Source: Psilocybe cubensis
Taxonomy: Eukaryota
Length of the DNA: 64,000 bases
Assembly: GCA_017499595.2 (NCBI GenBank)
Contig: CM038998.1
Span: 1,302,001-1,366,000, forward strand
Reading direction: 5' to 3'
Below the pieces are notes generated by a model, which was given only the letters and a program-made list of their open reading frames with translations, had not been told where the DNA came from and made no database searches. Positions 39,957 to 51,935 of the stretch are shown piece after piece; positions within the stretch are counted from its first letter, which is position 1, and the number at the start of each line of letters is the position of its first letter. Made by a program: the position numbers and the translations under genes.

Positions 39957-40183
39957 TCAATATAATCAAACCAACATTGCTTTTTCGATCACCCAAAAAT
40001 TCGAAATATGCCTGAAAACGTTGTAATTGAGGCTGAAAAACACTGTAATCGGGCCTGAAAACATGGTAACACGGGGGAAATAACGTGATAAATTACCTCC
40101 CGTCTTTCCGTGCAAAAACACTGGGGAAATAGCATGATGAATTGCAGCCCAACTTTCCGTGCAAAGCACGGGGGCACTGCTAG
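39957..40183 (+). mobile_element. Putative non-autonomous mini-Helitron (~227 bp)
   Basis: Preceded by A (39956), starts TCAATATAATC, ends with hairpin CCGTGC-AAA-GCACGG (40157-40171), 8 nt spacer, CTAG (40180-40183), then T. No TSD. Internal ~21 bp and ~49 bp tandem repeats. 5' end could instead be TC at 39966. Confidence 0.68.
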
Positions 40184-40329
40184 TTGTTTAAAAACCTTCA
40201 TGCTGCATCAACAACAACTTCTATACACACAAACACACAACCGTACGTCTCTTGGGAAGTTTTATTTACATTTACATATATACATATATATAAAAAGTAC
40301 ACGGTTCAAAGACCTTTCTATATGTTAGT

Positions 40330-40880
40330 TCGCGATTCAAGATTTGCGATTCTGGGTTCTTGGTTATGAGTTCTGTTATGTTCGATGGATGGACAAATAC
40401 AACAAAAAGCAAAAGAAAGAAAATGGAATGGAAAGAAGAAAGAATTCACTCGATTGAACTGTTGAGAGTGATGTCGATGGATGAAGTGATGATAGACAGA
40501 AAAGCAACGATGGACGGATGAAAGGAAGTCAAAAGAAAAGGGAAAAAAAGAGAAAAGGAACAACAGAAAAATAAATGGGTGAGATATTACAGTAAGAAAG
40601 AAAGAAAGAAAGAAAGAAAAAGAGCAAATGGTACAATACATACACAACAGAAAAATATGAGATTCGAAAAAGATGACAAAGTTTAACAATCATCATCGCC
40701 AGCACACAGTAAAAAATTGGATGTATGCCGTTCAACTTTAAAAAAACGCAAATGAATATAATATAACAGCGCAGAAGTTGTCGTGAAAATTGGAGATGAA
40801 GATGAAGATGAAGATGAAAGATAACTGAGAATGGGCGTGTCGATAAAGTTACATATTGTTGTTCTTGTTGTTGGTTGAGA
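40330..40880. repeat. Purine-rich microsatellite tract downstream of the F-box gene
   Basis: (GAAA)n, (GATGAA)n, (GTT)n and A-rich runs. Confidence 0.75.
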
Positions 40881-41056
40881 TTTAAATTGCCAGGTTGCGT
40901 TCGAGAAGTTGTCATTGCAGAGATATCCAAAAGATTGTTGTCGTTTGAACGTCCAAGCGTGTTGTCGTCAAAATATAAATATCAGGCCGCGCAGAGGGAG
41001 ATGCCATCCAGACGAGTCTTCGGCAAAGAGTCGAGTGAGAACCTCCTTTGGTTGGC

Positions 41057-44017
41057 TTACATGGTTCTGCATCCTTCACCATTCAGATCCGGAAGGATAG
41101 GCGGCGAATTCCTGTCCTGTTCACCACCAGCATTACCACCCCCGGCCCTCGGACTCCGCCTCCCACCAGGCGACCACCACCTCGCCCTCCCACTCCCACC
41201 TCCCCCAAACACCCTCTCAAAATCCCCCGCCACCCCACCCGCACTCCCCGTCGACGACTCGCTCGCCGTCCTCCGCGCAGCCGTCGCCCGCCGCCTCTTC
41301 TCCCTCGCCGCCTTCACCGCGTCCACCGTCTGCCACGAGTAAAACGACTTGAGCACCACCCGCTCCTCGTCCATCTCATCCTGCCCATGCCCCGCCCGCA
41401 TCTCGTCGTCATTATCGTCCCGCGCGTCCAAGAAGCCCAGCTTGCGCGCCCCGTACGCGCGCCACCCCACGCGCGGCCGCGTCATCGGCGCGAGCTCCTT
41501 CACCAGCCCCTCGTGAATGCCCCGGCAGTCAATCGCGACGATGCGCGCGTGCCGCGTCGTCCGCTCCCGCGCCACACGCACGAACTCCCTGAGCACCGCC
41601 GCGCTCATGCGCGTGTTGTCCGCCTCGAGCACCGCGAGCCGCGGGCAGTTGTGGATGAGGTTCAAGAACGCGTCGTCCGTGAGCTGCGTCGCGTATGAGA
41701 CGTTCAGCTGCTGCAGCGCGTACCCTGGCTGCTTCGGAGGCGGTGTTTTCTTCTTCAACGGCGTCGTCGCTGCAGAGGCGTCCTCGACAGGGATAGGGGC
41801 TGGTGTGATTGTAGCCAATACTTTATCTGTAATATCAAGCGCATCCTCGAGATCCAGCCGTCTGATATGCGGCGTTGTCGATAATAAGCATATGAGTCCT
41901 GTGTCCTTCATCGATCCGCCGATACCTGCGAGCTCCAAAAACTCGAGCTTTGGAACAGAATGCGCCAGATTTGCACAGGCCGTATCCGTCAAGAGCAGGC
42001 ACGAGGACAGAATAAGGTGCCTCAGCCTCGTCACCCTACGCTTTAACTTTGTGCTATCATTAACATCCCTCCCAAGATCCCTCGGGGAGACGAGGACAGT
42101 TTCGAGCGCAAGCAGATTGTCCGTGTAGCCTTCACACGCAACGAACGCGTCCAGCGCCGAATTGTGCAGCTGGCGTGAGTAGCTTAGGTCCAGCACCTCC
42201 AGGTACGGCGCCGCCCTGCCCAGCGCCTGCATGACGGAGTCCGAAACGTATTTGAGCCCAGATACACGGAGTTCCTTTAATAGGAGGTGCTCCTTGCGGA
42301 AGAGCGCAGAGAGCGTCAACGCCTCGATCCCATGGCCGTCCAGATTAGGGCATCGGCTCATGTTGAGAGATACGAGGCTTGGACAAAAGTTGGCGAGGAT
42401 ATCACATGTCGTGTTTGTGACCGCTGACAGACCCTTGACCGAGAGTGTCTGTAAAGAACGAGATCTGACGAGGAAGTGGTGCAGAGACCGGGTGGTCAGA
42501 GAAACGCAGCCTTGGAAATTGGCCTTGGTGATTTGTGTGTAAGATAGCGGCGTCTGGGGCACTGTAAGGCAAAGGCTGGTGGTGATATCGGTCATGGCGT
42601 CTGCATGGAGCTGTACATGTCCTGCAACGTTAAGACTTTGGACGAATGTACCCGCTGCCTGCACTAGTCGTACAACGATCGCGGGGGGCAGCGAATGAAA
42701 AGAGCGCAGGTCAACGTCAATCCATAGCTCTCCATCGAAAACAAGCGACCTCCAGCCTTTCGAGACCTGTGATATCATAATGCGGTCAGACGAGTTAAAT
42801 ATAAGCATGGCTCATAGGCATACTCTGCTCAATTTGAACAGTTCTCTGACCCCTTTGTCTCTGCCAACCCATCGACCTCTGGACGAAGTTGCCTTGGCCG
42901 CGGTAAGACGACCCTCGCGCACTGAGCGCAAGTAGTCCTGTTCGTGTACATCAATTAGGCTGCGTAGAATATGTAGTCGCAGCTCTTTGGGGAGAATCAG
43001 ATCAAAATAATTTGGAATGACAATTGGAATAGGTTCAAAGAGATCAGATGAAGTAGCAGGAATAAAATCTAGAACTGAGATTGGATACGGAGAGGATTTA
43101 GACCGGACTTTAGGCTTTAAGCTAGAGCGAGGGGTCGGGAGGTGTATGGTACCAGGTTGTGTTGTTACAATTGGAGACTTGGGTTTGGATACAGTGTACC
43201 ATGCCGGAGGGTAGCTGCTAGGTTCTCTTTCGATGACAGATAAAGTAGATGACGAAATGACTGACGAAAGTGCAGTTGTGTGCGCGGTCGGATCTAGAGG
43301 TGGAGATTCATTGCTATTGGCATTCTGGTCGAGAATGAGCTGGCGAGAGATATTGCTAGGGGTGCGGGATGGTCCAAACACAGGGGGCGTTGTTAACGCA
43401 GTACTGAGCAGAGGAGAAATTGGGCGAGATAAATTAGATAGGGATTGACATCGAAGCAGGTGGGATCTTGCAGCATCCGGCGAGTCTGGCTCTGGAGAAG
43501 AAGATGGGGACGCAATGGAAATTTCTCGGGAACTAGGTAAATTGGCGGTGACCGGCGTAGGACTGTACAGAGCGCCATATGACGATGGACCAGGAGTAGG
43601 GGAGAGGTCACCCTCGTAGTCGAGCCTAATCACGGAGAAACTGAGTGGGGGTAGGTAGGGAAACGACTCCCTGCCTTTGCCCTTTGCAGAGGTAGTGTCT
43701 GATAGGAAGCTTTCGGAACCTGGTGACTCTAGCTGTTCCATGCTCTCGATAGACAAATTGTGGTTTCGATATCTGTTATCAAAGTCAGGGGATGAAAAGT
43801 TGGATGTAGCAGGGCTGAAAGCCAAAGACCCAGATGAACTTTCGCCAGTTCTGTAGCTCGTTACAGCTGAGGGCGACATATCAAAGAGATCGTGCAGGAC
43901 CGAGGAGGGGCGAATGGGAACTGGCATCGTCCTTGCTTTACCTTTACCCACAGTCGCCTGGGCATTTCCATCGTCCACAGACTCCACAGATGTGAGGGGC
44001 TCATCATGAGAAGACAT
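41057..44017 (-). CDS. F-box/leucine-rich-repeat protein (FBXL-type SCF receptor) with C-terminal CaaX
   Basis: F-box FDLILPKELRLHIL..KLSR|VSKGWRSLVFDGELW; cysteine-containing LRRs (LVSLNMSRCPNL, LEVLDLSYSRQL, LRHLILSSCLLLTD, LQQLNVSYATQLTD); ends EGCRTM*. One intron ~42768-42823. Confidence 0.9.
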
Positions 44018-44606
44018 GGGTGTGGGCAATGCCACTAATTTCAATGGGTGCCGCTATATAAGCAGAGTGAAGAAAGTATGAAAGAGAGAAGTTACTATTA
44101 AGCGGACACACGGGAACCTTGAGGCGGAGGGGTGCTTGCGGCTATAACACCAGATGAAACAAAAAGATAAGACTTTGCATTTCTCAAGTCGCTACTTGAG
44201 GCAGTCTCTTGAAATGTCCTGTCCTGATATAGTCTGTGACGCACAAGGCACGAGATCACATCACTAATCTAGGGGTTAGTCTGAACTTACCCCACACCTC
44301 CACCTCTCTCACAGAACTCCCAAAGCCAGCTGGCATGTTCAGCAATTATAAATATATTCAACAAGGAGTGCAAGAGGTAAATAACAACAGTCTCAACTAT
44401 GTATCGTATGTATATATGTAATAATAAAAATTGCACGAAAGCGATAACAACCCACGGAAACGGGTGACAAGCAAATGCAAGACTAGATCCATAAAGCAGC
44501 ACCAATTAAGATAAACCGTCGGCAGTATGCTGTACAAGGAGAAATGGTCGAATAAGGTCCCAGAGCCTCGTGTGATCTCGAAGGGGTATTAACCGGTTGG
44601 TGGTGT

Positions 44607-45024
44607 TCAGGCCTTGGGGTTTTCCTTCGAGGTTTTCCAGTTCGCAGTGGCTAATTTAAACCTGGCCACGAGAGTTATCGTCAGCCCACTCGTGATACTG
44701 AGTCTGACAACGCATGCAATTACGTACCGGTCCTTATGCAGCATGTCAGGTTGCTGCTCCTTGAGGCGGGCCATCTCGCTTTGCTGGAAGATAAGAAGGC
44801 AGCCGTCACCGTTGGTATTCCTTCGCATTGATAAATTGCAGAATACACACCATAAACTTGTTGAACAGCGATAGTTTTTTCCTACCGGCCCCACCGGTGG
44901 ATTTGACTACAAAACGTCACGGTTCAGTGGCATGAGATGTCGTCAAAAGCGGGGCACTAAAAAACTACTTGCCTTTCTTTGGTGGTTTTTCTGCAGCGGC
45001 TTTGGCGTTGGTACGAGGTGCCAT
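44607..45024 (-). CDS. Small YABBY/HMG-box-like basic protein
   Basis: MAPRTNAKAAAEKPPKK|VKSTGGAGRKKLSLFNKFM|QSEMARLKEQQPDMLHKDR|FKLATANWKTSKENPKA*, matching the YABBY pattern S.(Y/F)N.F.k.E..RlK...P...HkE.F..aA.NW. Three introns, the first with a GC donor. Confidence 0.82.
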
Positions 45025-45764
45025 TGGAACGGACGTTTAGAATATTTTATCGCGGATGGGATGAAAAGGCAGTGACGCGTTCTTTTTCGCGTTGTGGGCT
45101 ATGTGATGATAGCCAAGAGACTAACGGCAGAAAGAAGAAAACAACTTGAGCACTGAAAATAAAAATAACAGAGGGAAAGGGGGACGTACTGTAGGCGAGA
45201 AGGAATCGGATGTGAGAGACAAGGGCAGGGTTGTGGGTGCAGGAAAAAAAGGTTCAAGGATGCATTTTGGTTCAAGTGACGGAACTTATACTTACGAGGG
45301 CATTCAAATGACAGGACTTCGATCGTGCATAGTGGGCCCCTGACACTCCCCGCATGTCGGTCACTGCCGAACAACTTCCTGTCCACAACTCGGTGTGAAT
45401 ATATTATCTAGTTTGTTCATAATTCTTTGAAACAATTCCATACGCACTAGATTGTTCACACTCTTTTTTAAGTCCCTTCCCTCAACACGTCGCTTTTCGA
45501 TTATCTCCTGCTAGGAGTGGCAGGGGTGTTATCTTGGTCATTTAATGACCCCGTGCTAATCTAAAAGCTACTTCGTCCCAACACGTTGATTCCGCCTCAA
45601 TTTTACTCATTGTAAAATACCCGGACAACAAAATTGCCTTCTTGGTATGATTCGCAGTCAACCTCCGATTTCATTGTTCCAGGCAAGCTCACCGGATACG
45701 TCAGAGTTATTCCGAGGGTGCCGGGGGACCTCTTCAAAGATGTCCGTAAAGAGAAAACAAACAA

Positions 45765-45787
45765 ACGCGTCCAACAACGCGTCGCGT
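45765..45787. promoter_or_regulatory. Clustered ACGCGT/CGCG (MCB-like) motifs upstream of the YABBY-like gene
   Basis: ACGCGT at 45765 and 45777, overlapping TCGCGT at 45782; further ACGCGT at 45075 and TCGCGT at 45087. Confidence 0.35.
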
Positions 45788-45972
45788 AACTTAATCAAGG
45801 AACGCAGCGATCTGGATCATTCATAGTTCTAAACACAGAATAGTCCACCCAGCCTGGTTCATAATGATGCCATGTGCCATGTATCATCTGTGGGAAGTTG
45901 AGTAATCGCGGAGTCGAATTATAACTAACATCGTAGGAGCGTACAATTATGTCCATGTGCTGTTTTGCTAAC

Positions 45973-48703
45973 TTACACAGTCGCCGCTGTCGTCTTGGGT
46001 CCTGCTGACTGCCCGATACCAGCGATTCCCTCGATTATACTTGCACCGCTAACAATACCTGTCGTGGCTACCAAGAACTTGCGGCCTAGACATTAATAAT
46101 AATTTCAGAAAAGCTCTTCCATGATAAGGATGTTTAATACCTTTGTTTTGCCGCCCCACCCAGCGTAAAGCAGCAATCTCGGTGTACGTGCATCCACCTA
46201 GGAAAAAGACAACAGTGGTTGTTGTTGTCGACCCTACAATACTTCATTGATAAGAATGCATGCAGGGCGTAATCTATTACTCACCGAGGGCAGCCAACGG
46301 ACCGGAAGCTACAACGTTATTCGAAGTTTTTTGCACTATTTCCACAGTCTGGCCAGGAATCACAGACACCACGTCTTCGAATCCTTTCCATCCAACAATA
46401 GGATGTGCTTGAACTTTTCCGATAGATAGCTTCTTCTGATCCCCTGCACTGTTCGCCTCGTTGCTCGCTTTCTCCTTCTCAGCCGGGTTGCTTATGACAC
46501 CTCCCTTTTGAGCTATGCATTGAACAAGCCTCACGCTAATGGGGGCGTATCCAGAATAAACGAAGCTGATGTCATTTTCCACTTCATCCAAAGCTTCTGG
46601 ATTGTCGTCGATAAGAAGGCGGAGTGACTTGCGAAGCTGAGCAAAGGGGTATTTCAGTGCAGCAACTGATGAAGGCGTGGACGGCGGAAGTGGGTTCGGG
46701 AACAGTACGGAGAGAGATGGTGCAGATAAAGAAAGTAGCAACGGTAGATATTCGTATCCATAAGCCTTTCGGTCAGAACAGAATCAGAATATAGTGATAT
46801 TGTGGATTGAACATGAACCGGACAAACTTGCAGAATCTCACGCTTAATGTTTTCCAGGTTCTTGGCCTTCACACCTCCCGCTGTCAAGCTGGCGAGGCAC
46901 AACAGTCGCAGCACAATCTGCATGTCGGCACCTTGTGCTATGAGGTCTTCAATTGCATTGAGTTGTGCAGTGACCTCGTAAGAAGCCAATAAATCTGTTT
47001 TTAGGCTTTAGTGAGAAAATTGAGTCATAAATAAGATTTATCGCACTTTGCTGGATCTCAAGAGATTTGTTGAATACATCGGTCCTGGTAAGAGGAACGA
47101 TCAATTCCGATAGCCTTGTGTCTGTGTCCTTAAATCTTAGCACTCGATATCAGGGAGCCAATGAAGCCCAGAGAACGTACGTAGTCCCAGAGCTTGGTGC
47201 TCTGTTTGGAGACCTCCAAGCTTCCCGACAAAATCCCGCAATTGGGCGACAGTCTGTCCTTGCAAGTTGGTCTTAAAATAGAAAATCAGATGCCTTTTCT
47301 GATGTGGCAATTTTTTCCTGACAGACCTTGTAGTCCTCGTTCAGGCGGCGTGCAACCTGGTTAAGTTTCTTACCCACAGATGAAAAATTGAGATCCCTCA
47401 GCTCCGCGAAAAGAGGGTCCGTTGCAGTTGTCAGGTGATGCTTTTTCTTCGCGTCCTTTTTTACCGCGACGACCGGAATGGCAGCAGGAGTCGTCGAGGT
47501 AGAGGCAGTTGGAGCGCTCGTAGCTCCAGCCGTCTGAGGGGATAGAATTGATAAAGGAAGTTCTACGTGCGCTGTATAGAAATGTATAAGGACGTGTTTA
47601 AAACTAACAGTGTTGAAAGACTTGCAATTCTTAATTCCGACCAATTCATCCACAAGACCTTCGTATGTTAGCTGCGTAAGCAATGGGGTTATCATATCCA
47701 CCCTTCTATCCAGAATGATCAATGAATCGATCTTGGAGGAAGATGAGGAAAGCGGTTCCGGACTCGAGCCATTACTCGCTTTGGGGTTTTGACGTGACAA
47801 TAAAGTCGCAAGACGCTAGAATTGATTCATTATATTGGTTTCATCAAACAAGTTAGAACTCTTGCCTGAGCGTAGTCTCCTTTCCCAATTATCTGAGGAA
47901 AGTGTCCGAAGATTCTCTGTACGTTGAGTAAAGCCTGTGCAGAATCATAGATAATGGTCTCATCTCCATCCTGTAGTGCACAACATTTATCTCCTCCAGC
48001 AAGTCATACAAGACATGTGCTCTCACTCACAACCCATAATTCTCTCAGTGTGTTCTCGTGTTCCAGTGATATGACGTCTTCAGCTATAGGGATAAATTGT
48101 AAATTGTATGAGGATATGGTAACGTCTCCGAGGACACCCTCTTCTTCTAGAATTCTAGATACGAGAGTGGAAACCCGTGGAACCAGTAGCAGCGTATAAT
48201 TGTGTTTCCGGGACTCTTTCGCGTGTCTTTTAATATGATCTTGGGATAGTGTCAATCTCTGCATAATGTACTGCATTGGCATGGGAGAACTTACCAGCAA
48301 TAATCTTAACGTGTTTGATCCGCGGCCGACATATGTATACGATGTTGTTGGTTGACGAAGTCAATGGACCTGGCTCTAACCAAAACATCTTGTCCACGCC
48401 ATGATGCTGGTTTTGTTAGAATCTCCACAGAAGGCTGCGTACAAGTATGTTCACACCTTCAGTAGCGAGACTTCAGTGACAAGTCCAAGGGGTCCCGCCA
48501 GTGACGCGTCCAGAACAAGTGTTTTGGCACCATTTACCTAGATATTGATTGAGGTTAGTTCAGGGGAGAGTGCACAGGTGAATAATAGAAAAACGTCCTG
48601 AATTCAAAGCATCAACGAGATCCTTTTTCGCTATCTCCTTAAGTATGTTCACGTCCAGTTGTTTATCAGCGCTGGAAGTCGAGGCCTGCTCTCCAGAAGC
48701 CAT
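45973..48703 (-). CDS. VPS33: Vps33, Sec1/Munc18-family subunit of HOPS/CORVET
   Basis: LVDALNS|VNGAKTLVLDASLAGPLGLVTEVSLLK|HHGVDKMFWL, LIILDRRVDMITPLLTQLTYEGLVDE, ELRDLNFSSVG, DISFVYSGYAPISVRLVQ, VVFFLGGCTYTEIAALR. Confidence 0.93.
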
Positions 48704-49012
48704 TGTGGAGGACGAGGTGGGTGTCAATAGAAAGGTGCTACTTGCGTCGATGGCATCACCGTAACCGACGGCCCGATGTTCATGTTTGCCTTCAGCCACT
48801 ATTTATAGCAACTCCCCTGTTCTTCAATGACCCCGCCGGCATGCTATTGCTGAGTACCCCAACCGGGGTCCGGATGCTATCTCTCGCCAAAACACACGTG
48901 AATTGACACTTCTCTCCAGCTTTCCCCGCACCCAAATACCTTCTCCAAAACGGAGTCGCCAGTCGTATTACTGAGCAAGGTCTTCAGAGGTCCACCGCCT
49001 CTTGTTTGTGCT
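48704..49012. promoter_or_regulatory. Compact divergent (bidirectional) promoter between VPS33 and methylisocitrate lyase
   Basis: 309 bp between the two ATGs; contains TATAAATA on the minus strand (~48799-48806) and CACGTG (~48895). Confidence 0.55.
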
Positions 49013-51394
49013 ATGCTGCGTTTGCGAACAACTCCCAGAATTGCGCGATCAGCGTCTCGTGCGATGTCTGCTTCACATACTATCCCAGCTTTGCCTCTTC
49101 AACCCCCAACCATAGATGAAGAGGCTGCCCAATTCGAGGCCCGAACGCAGGAAATGGCTGAGTACTTTGCTCAGCCCAGGTTTAAAGGCATCAAACGTCC
49201 TTACACTGCTGCTTCAGTCGCGTCGAAGCAAGGATCTCTCCCAGTAACACCTCTTCCTTCCACTTTACTTGCAGATAAGTTGTTTGGCATCCTTAAGAAA
49301 AATGCAGATGCAGGGACACCGGTACATACAATGGGTGCTATCGATCCTGTCCAAATGACCCAAATGGCCCACAATCAAGAAGTTGTCTATGTTTCTGGCT
49401 GGGCAGCCTCTAGCGTGCTCACGACGGGAAACAACGAAGTTGGACCGGATCTTGGGTAAGCTTTCATTCGTGCTAGCATAATCACTTCCAACTTAAATTA
49501 TCTACTGTGAATACCAGCGATTACCCTTATACTACTGTTCCTAACCAAGTACATCGTCTGTTCCGTGCTCAACAGCTACATGACAAGAAACATTATGACG
49601 AACGGCTTTCATTAACACCTGAGCAACGCGCTAAGACACCCTTCGTGGATTACCTTAGGCCTATTATTGCTGATGCTGATACTGGGTATAATTTCTTCAT
49701 CTGTATCTATGTCAAAGTCGTATCTTACGGTTACCTTTAGTCATGGCGGACTGTCTGCAGTAATGAAACTCGTCAAACTCTTCGCCGAATCCGTAAGTTC
49801 CAGTGTAGTCAATCCAAATCGATGACCTTTAACAATGTTGTATAGGGCGCCTCGGCTATTCATCTAGAAGATCAGCTTCACGGTGGAAAAAAGGTAACTT
49901 TGCATATATCACCTACACTTCTTTAACCAAATTAATTGTGAACTACTTAGTGTGGCCATTTAGGTGGCAAAGTCCTTGTGCCGACTTCGACTCACATCTC
50001 CCGTCTTGTTTCTGCTCGATTCCAACTCGACTTGATGAAGTCCACTATGCTTTTGATTGCCCGCACGGATTCTGAGTCTGGAAAATTAATTTCATCCAAC
50101 ATCGACATTGCAGACCACGAATTCATTGTTGGCACAACTACTAGAAGTCCGGAACCTCTGGCTGAAGTTTTGGCTAAGGCTGAAGCTGAAGGGAAATCAG
50201 GGCCTGAAATTGATTTAATTGAAAAAACTTGGATGGATAGCCACGAAATGTGTACATTCGACCAAGGTATACTTTTATGCATTATAGGCTATGTCAACAA
50301 TGAAGGATGTCCCCTTTTCTTCAAATATAGCCGTGATCAAAGAAATACAGCTGTCGACCATCGAAAATAAAGAAGCAGCAATGCAGACCTACCACGAAGT
50401 ATCGCGTGGCAAGTCAAATGCTGAAGCTCGAGCGGTTGCAGCGGATATCCTGGGCTACGAAGTATTTTGGGACTGGGATGGTCCGTCGATTAATCCTAAA
50501 TTCGTTTGAATGCCACTAAAACAAACATCTCAGCTCCTCGCACCAAAGAGGGATATTATCATTATACAGGGGGCGTTGAAGTACGTTACTCGTTTGGTAC
50601 CGTGCACATAAAGCTAATCACGCTTAGGCTGCTATCAAACGTACCAAAGCCTTTGCGCCATACGCCGATCTTCTCTGGCTAGAAACTAAATCACCAAACC
50701 TCGAACAAGCTCGCTATTTCTCTCGAAAGATTAGAAAAGTCCATCCCGGAAAGTGAGTTGATTAAGCAAGATAAACGCTTACGTTGGACTTGATGGTCTT
50801 TGTGCATTTTAGATGGTTTGTATACAATCTCAGCCCAAGTTTCAACTGGTCTCAGCATGGCTTCTCTGGTGGGGATCAGTAACCGAACATCCTAAGATAG
50901 TGGCATTAAACGGCCTTTTTCTATAGATGTCGACCTGAAAAACTTCGTGTGGGATCTGGCTAAAGAAAGGTTGGTGTCATGTATATTTTCCCACTGCAAA
51001 TCGCTTACAGTCGATCAGCTTCGTTCTTCAGTTAATCTCATTGGCGGGATTGCACAGCAACGCAGTTACAACGGGTAAGCGAGCTTTGTTTTCCTTCCTC
51101 GATGCACAGCTAATGAGCGATGCCCCCACAGCCGAATTATCGGCACGATTCAAAGAGGAGGGAATGCTGGCCTATGTCAAACTTATCCAGCGCAAGGAGA
51201 AGGAGATTGGCTGCGACGTCCTAACCCATCAAAAATGGTCGGTCGTCGGTGTTCCTCCATACCGTAATATGACTGAAAATTGTTCTGAGTGCAGGAGCGG
51301 TGCCAATTACATCGATAGAATTCTGTCAACTGTCTCTTCAGGGTCGTCGAGCACGTCTGCTGTTGGGAAAGATTCAACAGAACATTCGTTCTAG
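49013..51394 (+). CDS. ICL2: Mitochondrial 2-methylisocitrate lyase (isocitrate lyase family)
   Basis: Arg-rich presequence [91 protein letters not shown]. These variants match fungal MCL rather than ICL1 (EDQAPGTKKCGHM, WQFITLAG). Confidence 0.88.
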
Positions 51395-51935
51395 ATGTAG
51401 CAATTCAGATGATAATCTATGGCGATCTATTATCTGGCCCGTTTGTCCCCCTTGGCGGACCATTGGCGTTCGGTCACGGCCACGATTTGCGCTTTTTGTT
51501 CACTTCTATCAAAAAAGATATTAAAGCTAAACTTGCCGCTGGGCCCACGTGTATAGCATGCAGAGATAATCATACTGTTAGATTTATCTAAGCATATAAT
51601 TCGTCTCTAAACTCGCGTTGTATGTACTTAAGGATGAGGACTCTGTGAAGTTCGGCAGGAGTCGTTGGGCCTGATTTGACATGATGATGATCGTCATTGA
51701 CCGGCAGACTGGAGGTTACGTCACAGGATACTTCAGGCGCCGGGCCTGAAGCTCCGATCAACGTACTTGATGTTATAAACACCCAATCTCGTTTCTGTGC
51801 CAGTTCCTGCCGTGCCGACACATTCACTTTGCACTTTCATTTCAAATCGAAAATCTCGACCTTCTTTATTATCAAGATCAAGTCGCAACAAACGCTACGG
51901 CTGGGGTTCGCTACGGCTTCGTCTCACCCACCATC

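Noticed and set aside
40005..40175. CRISPR-like repeat array
   Set aside because: Eukaryotic context, only 2-3 degenerate tandem units without unique spacers, and no cas genes; better explained as a Helitron interior.
40875..42542. Long plus-strand ORFs (155-216 aa) as overlapping genes
   Set aside because: Antisense shadows of the GC-rich F-box/LRR coding sequence.
51588..51935. 79-91 aa ORFs between MCL and NTE1
   Set aside because: Overlap the NTE1 promoter/5' UTR and show no protein features.
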